IMG/VR virus record: IMGVR_UViG_3300005542_000007
Span: 77,878-141,877 of that record
Reading direction: 5' to 3' (one strand)
Source of the DNA: a virus
DNA length: 64,000 bases
In this document: positions 10,636 through 21,727 of the stretch, piece after piece
Position numbering within the stretch: the stretch's first letter is position 1
Layout of the letters: the number at the start of each line of letters is the position of its first letter
Program-made: the position numbers and the translations under genes
Notes under the pieces: generated by a model
Database searches by the model: none
Told to the model about the DNA's origin: nothing
What the model saw: the letters and a program-made list of their open reading frames with translations, nothing else

Positions 10636-12504
10636 ATGGCACTTCCTACATTTTCACAAATCGTTAGTTCGATGCTCTCCTTTTTGCAAGCAGAAAGGCC
10701 GGATATTAATACAAATACAGGAACCGTAGTAAATGACGTAGTTGTATCTACAGTAGCGAATCAATTATCGGCTGAGAATGGTACATCTCCAAGCGTTTAT
10801 TCTTCTATACAATATGTCCAAGATGTTCAAGCCTTCGTTGATAATGCTGCTATTTTAGTTCCAACAGATTTAGACGCAATAGGTACAAACTATGGATTGG
10901 TAAGAAATCCAGGAACTCAAGCTACGGGAATTATCACATTCCGTATTCGAAATTATACGCCTTCGAGCCCTATTGTTACTGTTCCATCGGGCACCGTAGT
11001 TTCTACATTAGCAACATCTCAAGCTCCCGCTGTTTCATTTTCTACTACGGCTACGGTAACTTTTACCCCCTCTCTCGCTCCTTCTTATTACAATCCTGTC
11101 ACTGGTTTTTATGAGCAAAGTACCACAATTGTCTGTCAGACAATTGGCACTGTTGGGAATGTTGGGGCTGCAACCATTGTTTCTCTTGTCGGTCCTACTA
11201 TAGGAATTGATGCTGTAACTAATACAACAGCTACTACTGGAGGCACAAACGTAGAGAGTAATGTAGCCTTTGCAGGACGTATTCAAATTAAATTGGAAGG
11301 AAATAATGTTGGTACTCCAAATGGAATTATCAGTTTGATGGAAACCAACCCAAACGTTATCCAATCTCTTATTGTAGGGCCCAATGATCCTGAGATGATA
11401 CGGGATCAATTTGGTGGAAGTGTGGATGTTTATATTAGAGGTCAGATTCCTGTAACGACAACCGATACTCCTACTTATACCACGACAGGATCTCAACAAT
11501 TTGTCTTAGTTAATCAACCCGCTTTGTCTGTTGGGTCCGTTACAGGTATTGTTGGTGGTAATCCTTATACATTCGTCCCCAATACTGATTATAGTTTTGT
11601 GGAGAACCCAAATATTCTCTTTTCTGGAAGTATAGATGCAGCTAGTTATATTGTTTTTGGTACCAAAACATTTTTTAATATTGTAACCGTCGGTCTTCCG
11701 TTCACAGTAACTTCGGTAACAGACGGTACCCATTTGTTGGTGAACAGTGTTACGGGAATGAGTCCCAGTGATACAATTGTTCAAGGAAGTAATACTACTA
11801 CTATTACGGCAATCAACCCCATAGGATTTCCACCAAATACAATCGCCGTGGGAAGCACTATTGGTTGGATTGGTGGGGGAACGGCTGCGGCTGACATTTC
11901 AGTGTCACAATTAGTTGTTAACACGACAAATGGTATGAATCCCGGCGACATAATTGTTCAGGGAGCCTTTTCTACTACGGTTAGTTCAGTTACAAATTCA
12001 ACTACAGTAGTTGTTGGAAGCGTGTCTGGTTTTTCAGTAGGAACAGCCCATTTTACTGGGTTTTCACCCGACAATAATACAGTTATTACAATTACCTACA
12101 CTTATGATAGTTTGATAGCAACACTCCAAGCCCTTATTAATAATAACTCCAATCATATTGTTGCTTCCGATGTTTTAGTGCGGGAAGCAATCCAAGCATT
12201 GATTAATATAACGGCTGGAATTCTAATTGTTCCTGGATTTGTTCCATCCACGGTAGTGGCTAATGTAGAAACCGCACTTACCGATAATATCAACGCTCTT
12301 GGACTTGGAGCAGTACTTATTCTAAGTGAAATAGTTGCTATTATACAAGATGTACCAGGAGTGGATGAAGTCGATCTCACTAGTTTAGTTATTCAATCTA
12401 CAGAAGGCATTGTTACTACCACCATTCCCCCAGGGCAGCAAATTTCCGTAGGCAAAAATGCCTATACCGTTACAAACAATTTGACTATAACAGTAGAGTC
12501 ATAA
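10636..12504 (+). CDS. Baseplate J-like protein
   Basis: LDAIGTNYGLVRNPGTQATG, GTVGNVGAATI, TTGGTNVESN, GGSVDVYI motifs. Confidence 0.85.
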   Translation: MALPTFSQIVSSMLSFLQAERPDINTNTGTVVNDVVVSTVANQLSAENGTSPSVYSSIQYVQDVQAFVDNAAILVPTDLDAIGTNYGLVRNPGTQATGIITFRIRNYTPSSPIVTVPSGTVVSTLATSQAPAVSFSTTATVTFTPSLAPSYYNPVTGFYEQSTTIVCQTIGTVGNVGAATIVSLVGPTIGIDAVTNTTATTGGTNVESNVAFAGRIQIKLEGNNVGTPNGIISLMETNPNVIQSLIVGPNDPEMIRDQFGGSVDVYIRGQIPVTTTDTPTYTTTGSQQFVLVNQPALSVGSVTGIVGGNPYTFVPNTDYSFVENPNILFSGSIDAASYIVFGTKTFFNIVTVGLPFTVTSVTDGTHLLVNSVTGMSPSDTIVQGSNTTTITAINPIGFPPNTIAVGSTIGWIGGGTAAADISVSQLVVNTTNGMNPGDIIVQGAFSTTVSSVTNSTTVVVGSVSGFSVGTAHFTGFSPDNNTVITITYTYDSLIATLQALINNNSNHIVASDVLVREAIQALINITAGILIVPGFVPSTVVANVETALTDNINALGLGAVLILSEIVAIIQDVPGVDEVDLTSLVIQSTEGIVTTTIPPGQQISVGKNAYTVTNNLTITVES

Positions 12505-12516
12505 GAGGATAAAAAT

Positions 12517-14931
12517 ATGATACCCTATTCCGTAAAAATTAATGAAAGATTAAGTGCCGCCCCAATTTCTGGAGAATCACATATAATTGGTATAGTTGGG
12601 GTTGCAACTTATGCTCCTGGATTAATTCGTTTAGTTGAAGTACCACAAGGTCCGGCACCTGCGGTAACTATTCCTGGGTATATTGAAATCACAAGTGGGT
12701 CTCCATCAGGCACACAATTTTTAGTTAATTATACAACAGGGGTTGTAACTTTTAATACATCACAGGATGGAATCACCATTTCAGTATCCTATAATGGACT
12801 TGGATCAGAAATTTCAGCCGAAGATATAAATGAACTTCAAGAACCTCTTGGAACTGGCAATGGTGAAATTGCGAATTTATCAATTACCTATAACTGGCCA
12901 GCCGCTCCAACTGTTACGTGGTCTTTAGCTCCAGGCATCGTATCAAATACTAATGTTTCCCCTTCTGCTGCCATTTCTTTGACAAAACTTCAAACATTGA
13001 ATCCTAATATTGTTCCAGTAACCAATGGTTCTGGTATATTAGTTTCTTCCGCTACTACAGCAACAGAACTGAGTTTCTTAGATGCTACATCTTCGATTCA
13101 AACTCAATTAAACTTAAAACAAACATCTGGTAATTTTATTACCGCTTTGACTGGCGATGTTACTACCAGTTTATTTAATCTTCTTAATACAGCATCTACT
13201 TATGCAGTTCTAGGCGCTACAACGGTTACAAATACGGCAACTCCTACTATGTTAACTGGAGACCTTGGTTTAAATCCAGGTACCTCAATCACAGGGTTTC
13301 CTCCTGGGACATTTACTGGTACTGAACGTATTGCAAATAGTTTTGCAGCCCAAGCTCAGACGGACGCTTCTTCGGCATATACACTTCTAGCTGCTCTTCC
13401 CTTTACAACTGATTTAACTGGACAAGTTTTAGGTACGGGGGGAGTTGTACCAACACTTACTGCTGGCGTTTACAAATTCTCTTCCTCAGCCCAGTTAACT
13501 GGTACCTTAACATTAGATGCTCAGAATAATCCCAATGCCCAATTCATTTTTCAAATTGGTTCTACATTAACTACTGCATCGGCTTCTTCCGTCATAATAA
13601 TTAATGGAGGAAATGCTAATAATATTTACTGGTTGTGTGGAACTTCAGCCACGTTGGGCACAACTACAAATTTCCAAGGAACTATTATTGCTTCTGCAAG
13701 CATTACAGCTAATACGAGCGCTTCAGTTAGTGGCCGTTTAATTGCTCTAACAGGCGCGGTAACATTGGACGATAATGCTATTACTGTTACAATTGGTCCT
13801 GTTGGATTAGAAATTGCTACACTTTCCCCTACAGCGGCTGTTTTATCCATACATGCTGATTCTAGTCCCAATCTCACTGGGAATGTACAATTAGTTTCAG
13901 GTACTAATGTTACTCTTTCCCAGGTTGGTCAAGCTATTACAATTAATGCCGCTAGTGGAAGTAGTGGTATTACACAATTAACGGGAGATGTTACTACCAG
14001 TCCTCCTAATCCATATCTTGCTACAGCAGCAACTTATGCTGTTTTGGGTGATACTGCTGTAACAAATACTGGATTTACAGTCTTAACAGGGGATCTTGGT
14101 ATTTACCCTGGTACCTCAATTACAGGATTCCCTCCAGGTACATTTTCTGGAACTGAACATATTGCAGATGCGGCAGCACATCAAGCTCATAATGATGCTA
14201 CTTCTGCGGTAGCAACATTAGATGCAACTCCTGTTACAATGGATATTACTTCAACAGACTTAGGTGGTTTTGTTGCAACACCTGGGCATTATGATTCCTC
14301 TTCGGCAGGAATCTGGTCTGCTGGAAACCTCACACTCAATGGTGCAGGTACTTATATCTTTACGTTTGATACCTCTCTTACAATGCCAGCAAGTGCAAAC
14401 GTAGTTCTAACGGGTGGAGCAATTGCTGATGATGTTTATTTTATTACTGGAACAACATTCACCTTTGGTGCCAATGATACTGTTAATGGTACAATTCTAG
14501 CAGGTACATCCATTACTTTTGCAGCTTCTTCAGTATTGAATGGTAGAGCTTTAGTTTATGGCCCTAGTGGAACGACAGTTACATTCCCAAGTGCAGGTAC
14601 TGTTACTGTTCCTCCAGGTTCTGGTGGTACACAATTTGCTACTATTGCAAATGGTGTAATCACTCCTTCGATGATTACGACTTCGGCAACCGCCGATTTT
14701 ACATTTCCACGCGATGTTTTTGTCACTAGAAATCTTGGTGTTGGAACGAGTTCAGTAGTTGCAAGTGCAATTGTAGAAATAGATTCTACAACCAAAGGCT
14801 TTCTTCCACCAAGAATGACAACAACTCAGCGCAATGCTATTTCTTCTCCTGCTGAGGGGTTAATTGTTTATGATATCACAGATCATCAATGGTATGGATG
14901 GAATAATAGTTCTTGGGTTATTTTAGGCTAA
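12517..14931 (+). CDS. Tail fibre/structural protein with two DUF3494 ice-binding-like domains
   Basis: Two YAVLG..VTN...TGDLG..PGTSITGFPPG domains. C-terminal STTKGFLPPRMTTTQRNAI motif. Confidence 0.75.
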   Translation: MIPYSVKINERLSAAPISGESHIIGIVGVATYAPGLIRLVEVPQGPAPAVTIPGYIEITSGSPSGTQFLVNYTTGVVTFNTSQDGITISVSYNGLGSEISAEDINELQEPLGTGNGEIANLSITYNWPAAPTVTWSLAPGIVSNTNVSPSAAISLTKLQTLNPNIVPVTNGSGILVSSATTATELSFLDATSSIQTQLNLKQTSGNFITALTGDVTTSLFNLLNTASTYAVLGATTVTNTATPTMLTGDLGLNPGTSITGFPPGTFTGTERIANSFAAQAQTDASSAYTLLAALPFTTDLTGQVLGTGGVVPTLTAGVYKFSSSAQLTGTLTLDAQNNPNAQFIFQIGSTLTTASASSVIIINGGNANNIYWLCGTSATLGTTTNFQGTIIASASITANTSASVSGRLIALTGAVTLDDNAITVTIGPVGLEIATLSPTAAVLSIHADSSPNLTGNVQLVSGTNVTLSQVGQAITINAASGSSGITQLTGDVTTSPPNPYLATAATYAVLGDTAVTNTGFTVLTGDLGIYPGTSITGFPPGTFSGTEHIADAAAHQAHNDATSAVATLDATPVTMDITSTDLGGFVATPGHYDSSSAGIWSAGNLTLNGAGTYIFTFDTSLTMPASANVVLTGGAIADDVYFITGTTFTFGANDTVNGTILAGTSITFAASSVLNGRALVYGPSGTTVTFPSAGTVTVPPGSGGTQFATIANGVITPSMITTSATADFTFPRDVFVTRNLGVGTSSVVASAIVEIDSTTKGFLPPRMTTTQRNAISSPAEGLIVYDITDHQWYGWNNSSWVILG

Positions 14932-14941
14932 GGTAAAAATT

Positions 14942-16996
14942 ATGGCATTTTATGGTGCTGGCATATTTTATAATTCTGGAGCTTTCTACACAGGAGCGGT
15001 AACTTCTCCTGCACAAGGTATTCCTATTGATCTCCGTTTTTATAGAACGTCTCAGGATGGAATTTATGTTTTCTGGTGGGGGTTTGACCCAGCATTTATT
15101 ACTCCTGCGTTAGCGTTAGCGGGTTTCGATTTAGAGTTGGATACTAGTCCTTTATTCGATTCCCCAAATTTGGCTACTTTTACACAGCTTACGGCGATTA
15201 CTTTTCAAAATGGAAATGTCCGAAAAGGATTTGCTGTCCCAGTGGCTGCTCGTATTAATGCCACCGTACAGACTTGGTACGCAAGAGTAAGAACGCATAC
15301 TGTTTCATTCACATCTGATTGGTCATCTACATTGATATGGACTATTCCTCAATCTGTACAACAATCTACGGCTGAAGCTTTAATGGAATCATTGCCCGAT
15401 TTTCATGTTTATGGTAAAGGCGATTTATTAAAACCAGTAGATCAACGTAAGACAAATTTGTGGCTTGTGGAAGATATGTATGGGAATCAATTTGATCAGA
15501 TCTACTATGCTGATTTTCTTACTCAAACGAATAACTATGTAGATTTATGTGTCGATGAGGATTTATTTCAAAATTTTGGTGTGTTGTTTAATTTTCCTAA
15601 ACCAGCAAATATGCAGTTTGTAGATTATCGCTGGATTTTGATGAATTTGTATTTAGCTTCTTTGGTAGGCAGTACAAACGAAGCTATTATTTTAACTATC
15701 CAAGCTTTTACCGGGGTCCCTCCCCAAATTACCAATGTTAGGGATGAAGATGATTTCTTTCTGGTTACGATTCAAGATCCACCAGTTGTTCCTAGCGGGC
15801 CGCAAACCGTTTTTCATACATCGCAACCTTATATTGACTCAACTTTAAGGATAGAAGATATTACAACAGGACTTTTTGTACCAAGTAGTGCTTATACAAC
15901 AGATGGGGCATTAGGAACTTGGACAATGAACGTAGCAACAACAGATACATTACAAGCCATGTTTGATGTTGGAAATCCTAATGATCCTGCTCCAGTAATA
16001 TTCGATGCTTTGTCCGGCGCTACTGCTTTAACTGGACTTGTAACTTTTACAAATGGCAGTAACAATATTGTTGGGAATAATGCTGTTGTTAGCCCCTCTC
16101 TCCTTCTTTCAGCATCTACCTTTGCTGTTCTAGGAGATACAGCAGTTACCAATACAGGATTTACAGTACTTACAGGAGATCTAGGCGTTTCGCCAGGATC
16201 TTCAGTCACTGGTTTCCCTCCAGGTACCTTTACAGGCTCTTTGCATCAAGGAGATGCGGTAGCAGCCCAAGCTCATACTGATGCAACATCTGCTGCTGCT
16301 GTTCTATTAGCTCGTACTCCGGTCACTGATATTTCTTCAACTGACTTAAATGGTGCTACTCTTACAGCAGGTAATTATCACGCTACTTCAACAGGCACAT
16401 TCACTGCTACTGGAACACTTACTCTAGATGGTGGCGGAGACCCAAATTCTATATTTGTACTTTCTTTTGGTACAAGCATGACTCTTGGTGCCAATGATAA
16501 TGTGGTTTTAATTAATGGTGCAAACGCCAATAATGTTTATTGGATAACAGGTACAACCTTTACATTTGGTGCCAATGATACTGTTAATGGTACAATTCTA
16601 GCAGGTACATCCATTACATTTGCTTCCAATAGCGTTCTTAATGGAAGGGCTCTTTGTTATGGCCCTTCAGGAACAACCGTTACATTTCCAAGTGCTGGTA
16701 CTGTTACTGTTCCACCTCCTTCTATTATTAGTGGTACATTATTTTTATCTCAATTAAGTGTTGGACAGGAAATTACAGATCCCAATGGTATTTTTATAGG
16801 AGAAATAAGTCAAATAACCGACAATACTCATGCCACTTTATTAAATCCTTGGGCAGGACCTACTGAAGTTGTTACTGCGTATAGATTACTTTATACAGAT
16901 TTGCAACTTCCCCCTCCAATTCTTTGGGATAAATCTACACTAGCTTTTGGAGTCATCATCACTATTTTTAACCCAGGAAATTTTATCCTGAACTAA
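14942..16996 (+). CDS. Baseplate wedge/tail protein I-like protein with one DUF3494 domain
   Basis: LFQNFGVLFNF...YRWIL...GST..AI...IQAFTGVPP wedge motif. DUF3494 at about 16100-16714. Confidence 0.65.
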   Translation: MAFYGAGIFYNSGAFYTGAVTSPAQGIPIDLRFYRTSQDGIYVFWWGFDPAFITPALALAGFDLELDTSPLFDSPNLATFTQLTAITFQNGNVRKGFAVPVAARINATVQTWYARVRTHTVSFTSDWSSTLIWTIPQSVQQSTAEALMESLPDFHVYGKGDLLKPVDQRKTNLWLVEDMYGNQFDQIYYADFLTQTNNYVDLCVDEDLFQNFGVLFNFPKPANMQFVDYRWILMNLYLASLVGSTNEAIILTIQAFTGVPPQITNVRDEDDFFLVTIQDPPVVPSGPQTVFHTSQPYIDSTLRIEDITTGLFVPSSAYTTDGALGTWTMNVATTDTLQAMFDVGNPNDPAPVIFDALSGATALTGLVTFTNGSNNIVGNNAVVSPSLLLSASTFAVLGDTAVTNTGFTVLTGDLGVSPGSSVTGFPPGTFTGSLHQGDAVAAQAHTDATSAAAVLLARTPVTDISSTDLNGATLTAGNYHATSTGTFTATGTLTLDGGGDPNSIFVLSFGTSMTLGANDNVVLINGANANNVYWITGTTFTFGANDTVNGTILAGTSITFASNSVLNGRALCYGPSGTTVTFPSAGTVTVPPPSIISGTLFLSQLSVGQEITDPNGIFIGEISQITDNTHATLLNPWAGPTEVVTAYRLLYTDLQLPPPILWDKSTLAFGVIITIFNPGNFILN

Positions 16997-17019
16997 GGAA
17001 TACTATTAGGAGAACTATT

Positions 17020-17484
17020 ATGTCAGAATTGAATGAAACGCTTAAATTAAAAGGAACGGTTACATTGAAAATGTACGATGCCGATGGAAAATTAATCCAT
17101 GAGCAATGTAATCCGAACCTGATAGTCACAGTAGGTAAATCTTATTTAGCTACTTGGCTTGCTGCTGCATCGCAAGCTGGTAAATTTATGTCTTATATTG
17201 CACTTGGAACTGGGTCAGCATCTCCTACAGTGGGAGATACCTCGCTTCAAAGTGAGTTTTCAGGTGGTGGATATTCAAGACAACAGGGGACTCTAACAGG
17301 CTCTTCAAACGTTTGGCAAAATGTTGCCACATTTCCCGCTGGAAATGGTACAGGTGCAATTACTGAAGCGGGGTTATTTTCGGCAGTTACTTCTGGTACA
17401 ATGTTTGCTCGTCAAGTTTTTGCTGTTGTAAATAAAGCTTCTGGAAATACTGTTATTATAACTTGGCAAGTGTCGTTTTCATAA
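17020..17484 (+). CDS. Phage tail (fibre-attachment-like) protein
   Basis: NLIVTVGK...YIALGTG...DTSLQSE...ITEAGLF...MFAR family pattern. Confidence 0.65.
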   Translation: MSELNETLKLKGTVTLKMYDADGKLIHEQCNPNLIVTVGKSYLATWLAAASQAGKFMSYIALGTGSASPTVGDTSLQSEFSGGGYSRQQGTLTGSSNVWQNVATFPAGNGTGAITEAGLFSAVTSGTMFARQVFAVVNKASGNTVIITWQVSFS

Positions 17485-17504
17485 AATTACAAAGGATAAT
17501 TTAG

Positions 17505-19826
17505 ATGCCTTCTCCCTCATGGTCATTTACTGGATCATTACCTAATACTCCAAGACGTGATATTCCCTGTGTTATTTTACAAAATGGGAAGGCACTCATA
17601 GCTGGAGGAGATGGTTCTTCTCCTACGAATACTGTAAGTACTCTCTATGATCCTGGGACAGGGATTTGGACAGATACCGGATCTTTAAATACCGCGAGAT
17701 CAAATGCTCCTGCAATCGTTTTGCAAAATGGGAAAGTTTTAATTGCTGGTGGTGGTGATGCCGTAGGTCCTATTACATCCTGTGAATTATATGATCCAGG
17801 TACAGGATTATGGACACCTACTGGTTCATTAAATACTGCTAGATCTATAGCAATACTCATTTTGTTAAATGATGGAACAGTTTTACTTGCAGGTGGATTT
17901 TTTAGTGGAGGAAATGCTACAGCTACTGCTGAAATATACGATCCTGTAGCCGCAACATGGTCTTTTACTACAGGACCTTTGAATCAATCTAGAGCGTCAT
18001 ATGGGGCGGTTAAATTAAATAATGGAAAAGTTCTTTTTGCAGGTGGAGAATCACCTGTTCATAGTCCTCTTAGTAGTAGTGAACTTTATGATCCTGTTAC
18101 TAAAACATTTTCATTTACAGGATCACTTAGTTCTACTCATACAGCAGATGAATCAGTAAATAATTTATGTTGTTTATTGAATGACGGAACTGTATTGTTA
18201 GCTAGTGGTAATTCTTCTACAACTTCAGAAGTTTATGATCCTGTGGCTGGAACCTGGGGTCATACTGCTACTTTGTCCTCTGTGCATTTTGGAACAACAC
18301 CACAGGTGTTAAGAGACGGCAAAGTAATACTTCCTGGAGGTGCTGATATAAGTGGGCTATCAACAACTGTTGTAGATTTATATAATCCTGATACAGTTTC
18401 ATGGACACCCACGGCCAGTCTTAATACGTCTCGTGCTAATTTTGGTATTGCAACATTATCTAATGGAACGGTTATAGTTGTAGGAGGAGTAAATAGCCAT
18501 GTTCCCGTTGATTTATCTTCCGCCGAACTATACAATTATCCATTCATCAATGATCATTGGATTGCTACAACTGGGCAACTTAATGTTGCAAGAGGTGGTG
18601 GTTCATCTTTAGTTAAGTTGAATAATGGAAAGATACTACTTATTGGTGGAGAAAATTCTACATTTACGGATACTTTAACTTCTTGTGAATTATTTGACCC
18701 AATTGCCCAAACTTGGTCTGTGACTGGAAGTTTAATCCAAAAAAAGAGACTCGCTGGTGCAGTTCTACTGACAATTGGACCTAACGCGGGAAAAGTATTA
18801 AGCATTGGTGGATTAGCTGGTAGTCCTTTATCCGATTGTGAGATCTACGATCCAACCGCAGGAACTTGGTCCAGTACAGGTTCGATGGCCAATCCAAGGT
18901 GGGGCTTTGCTTCTTTCACTCTTCCATCTGGTAAAATTCTTGTAGTATGTGGAGTTGGGGCTACTGGACAATGTGAAATTTATGATCCTGTAGCTGGAAC
19001 TTGGAGTACTGCTGCGGCATATCCACAGGGAAACATGTTTACGTTCATGGGCTTCGCAACATTAAACGATGGGCGTCCAATTGTTATAGGCGGCGCATCA
19101 GTTATTGGGGGGTCCTTTGCGAATGTTAATATTTACAATGAAGGTAGTGATACATGGGCCGCACAAACGTCTTACCCTTTGATAGTCGAAGATCAGGGTA
19201 TAGCGAATTTTGTTATAACGCTTTTATCAGGAAAAGTTTTAGTTGTAGGTGGATTTGATGCCACTTCTACATATTATACAGCATGTAATATTTTTGACCC
19301 TGTGGCGAATACTTGGAGTGTGGCTGCATCTTTGCCCTTCACTGCGAAGGTTCCAGGAGCGCTTTATTTGTTGGTGGATGGTACCGTACTTTGTGCTGGG
19401 GGATATGATGGAGCTTCTCTTTCTGATAGCGAGATTTATGATCCAGTTGCTAATACCTGGACTCCTACCGGAAGTTTATTGGAAGCGTCATTTCTTGGAA
19501 ATTCCAGCCAACCCCAAGGTATTGTTTTAAATAATCCTAGTTACCCTTTATGGGCGGGTCAGGGTGTATCACCTTTTACTAGATCAGAAGTTTTTCAAAC
19601 ACCAATACTTTCTATATTTTTATCTGATTCTATAACGATGTCAGATTCACAAACCGAAGCACTTGCTATTCCTTTGGCAGATTCAATATCTTTAACAGAC
19701 ACATTCCCAAATTCATTTTCAGTCGAAAGCAATGCCGTAACACCAGTAAATATTCCAATAGTAGAAAATTTAGTAAATCAGCTTGTACCTGCGGATGTAA
19801 AGACATATTTTAAAATAGAGGAATAA
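17505..19826 (+). CDS. Kelch-repeat (probable double beta-propeller) virion protein
   Basis: About 12 repeats of L.NGKVL.AGG...E.YDP..GTW..TGSL. Confidence 0.85.
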   Translation: MPSPSWSFTGSLPNTPRRDIPCVILQNGKALIAGGDGSSPTNTVSTLYDPGTGIWTDTGSLNTARSNAPAIVLQNGKVLIAGGGDAVGPITSCELYDPGTGLWTPTGSLNTARSIAILILLNDGTVLLAGGFFSGGNATATAEIYDPVAATWSFTTGPLNQSRASYGAVKLNNGKVLFAGGESPVHSPLSSSELYDPVTKTFSFTGSLSSTHTADESVNNLCCLLNDGTVLLASGNSSTTSEVYDPVAGTWGHTATLSSVHFGTTPQVLRDGKVILPGGADISGLSTTVVDLYNPDTVSWTPTASLNTSRANFGIATLSNGTVIVVGGVNSHVPVDLSSAELYNYPFINDHWIATTGQLNVARGGGSSLVKLNNGKILLIGGENSTFTDTLTSCELFDPIAQTWSVTGSLIQKKRLAGAVLLTIGPNAGKVLSIGGLAGSPLSDCEIYDPTAGTWSSTGSMANPRWGFASFTLPSGKILVVCGVGATGQCEIYDPVAGTWSTAAAYPQGNMFTFMGFATLNDGRPIVIGGASVIGGSFANVNIYNEGSDTWAAQTSYPLIVEDQGIANFVITLLSGKVLVVGGFDATSTYYTACNIFDPVANTWSVAASLPFTAKVPGALYLLVDGTVLCAGGYDGASLSDSEIYDPVANTWTPTGSLLEASFLGNSSQPQGIVLNNPSYPLWAGQGVSPFTRSEVFQTPILSIFLSDSITMSDSQTEALAIPLADSISLTDTFPNSFSVESNAVTPVNIPIVENLVNQLVPADVKTYFKIEE

Positions 19827-19850
19827 GGATAAGATTTAAAGGAGATTCAT

Positions 19851-21707
19851 ATGTCATCAGTTATTTTTAGCAATGCCCAGCGCATAATTGCACAAATTTT
19901 TGAATGGTTACAGACAAGTAATCAAGGTCAAACAACTAATCTAATTACAGATACTTTCTCGGCTGGAATAGACAATGCTACTACCTCGGGAGAAGGATTT
20001 CTTGTTGTCCCTGGCACCAATAATACTCCAGCTAATCCTTCAGTTAATGTTACATTGGGTGGGATAGCATATGACCCACGAGGGGCGAGAATCTTTATTT
20101 CTCCTTCTGATGCTCTCCTCTACAACCCAACAAATACTACTGCTACTACAAATGACGGTTTAGGAAATTTTCTCAGCACACCTCAAAGTACTGGAGTTGT
20201 AAATATCCCCGTAACTCAATCATCACAAAATTATCTTTGGATTAATTATCTTGCTACTATCGATACTACTGCGTTTACTTTAAATGCTGAAACAAATGCT
20301 AAAATTTTTTATAAACAAACAGATGGGTATAATATTCGAGTAACAGTTACCAATGTTCCTCCTGATGCCAATGCTATTTTCTTAGCAGCAGTGAATATGG
20401 TGGGAGGTGGAGCAGTAGCTTCATCTAATATTTCACAGGTAGGACGTACATTTTATCACATTCTTCCAAATATTGTTCCTATAACTACACCCTTTAATGA
20501 TGGATCAAATCGGACACCTTCATACAATCAAAATTCAACATATACGCTTGATGCCCATATAAAAAGTATTGGTACTGGAACAGGTATTAGTCCTTTCAAT
20601 CCTCATAACATGTCATTGGCAGATTTAGGTGTCGCTGCATTGGATACGGTAGTTGGTCGCACTCAAATCGAAGGTAATAATAATGTTATTATTGCAGGAA
20701 CTCCTGGGAATCCTTTTCCTTCTACCTCTGCTATGGCAACCAGTATCAATATTGTAAATCCTGGAAGCGATACAATTAACGTTTTTCAACTCCTCTCCTC
20801 TGAATTTGCCATCGTCAATGGTACTGCATATAATGTTAATGCAATTTTTGGAGCTTCTCCTACTAACGCTACTGTTATATTTCCCGATGCTTCTGGCACT
20901 TATAATGTTTATTGGGATTCTGTTACCAAATCTTTTGCAGTTACGACAATTAGTATTGCGTCGGATATGACAAAACTTTGGCTTGCTACCGTTACGTATA
21001 CATTTGTTGGGCACGGCGTTTCGGATCACAATGCTTTATCGGGTTTAGTGGATCATAGATTCATCGGAGGTACGACTAATTTATTGCAACGTTGGACTAC
21101 CGCATCCAGACCTACAAATCCAGTAGTGGGAGAATTTGGTTTTAATGTCACGCTAAATTCATTCGAATTTTGGGATGGAAGTAGTTGGCAACAGACAGTT
21201 ACTGGGACAGCTAACGGAGCCGTTCCTACAGGTACCATTCTTGAATTCGCAGGATCTTCCGCACCTACTGGATTCTTAATGGCGAATGGATCTTCTCAAT
21301 CCACAGCAGCGTTCCCCGCATTGTTTGCAGTTATTGGATATACTTATGGTGGAGCGGGACCTAGTTTTAATGTTCCAAATAGAATAAACGTTGTAGGTGT
21401 TGGAGCGGGAGGAAGTATTGTTCCTACTCTCGGAAGTACCGCAGGGTCTACTACCCAAACTCCTACTCAAAATCCACACCAACACAAAGAAAATATAGTT
21501 GCTGATAGTGGTGTGGGACGTGGTGTTAATGATGTTGCGGAATTTGGTACTGCTCCAGAATCGGGAACTAGGACGGTGGGTACTTTTGCAAGTGCTAGTC
21601 CTCTTACCGCAGCTAGTATTTATTTAACATCTGCTGAAACGGCTACAAATAATCCAGTGAGTGTTGTACAGCCTAGCATTGGGTTGAACTACATCATAAA
21701 AACATAA
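19851..21707 (+). CDS. Tail fibre protein with C-terminal collar domain
   Basis: PTGTILEFAGSSAPTGFLMANG...FPALFAVIGYTYG...FNVP and final LNYIIKT. Confidence 0.8.
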   Translation: MSSVIFSNAQRIIAQIFEWLQTSNQGQTTNLITDTFSAGIDNATTSGEGFLVVPGTNNTPANPSVNVTLGGIAYDPRGARIFISPSDALLYNPTNTTATTNDGLGNFLSTPQSTGVVNIPVTQSSQNYLWINYLATIDTTAFTLNAETNAKIFYKQTDGYNIRVTVTNVPPDANAIFLAAVNMVGGGAVASSNISQVGRTFYHILPNIVPITTPFNDGSNRTPSYNQNSTYTLDAHIKSIGTGTGISPFNPHNMSLADLGVAALDTVVGRTQIEGNNNVIIAGTPGNPFPSTSAMATSINIVNPGSDTINVFQLLSSEFAIVNGTAYNVNAIFGASPTNATVIFPDASGTYNVYWDSVTKSFAVTTISIASDMTKLWLATVTYTFVGHGVSDHNALSGLVDHRFIGGTTNLLQRWTTASRPTNPVVGEFGFNVTLNSFEFWDGSSWQQTVTGTANGAVPTGTILEFAGSSAPTGFLMANGSSQSTAAFPALFAVIGYTYGGAGPSFNVPNRINVVGVGAGGSIVPTLGSTAGSTTQTPTQNPHQHKENIVADSGVGRGVNDVAEFGTAPESGTRTVGTFASASPLTAASIYLTSAETATNNPVSVVQPSIGLNYIIKT

Positions 21708-21727
21708 TATCGAAAAAGAGGAACAAT

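Noticed and set aside
1-16714. DUF3494 repeats as DGR template/variable repeats or as inteins
   Set aside because: No reverse transcriptase in the window, differences are mostly synonymous rather than adenine-specific, and there are no Cys/His-Asn splice junctions.
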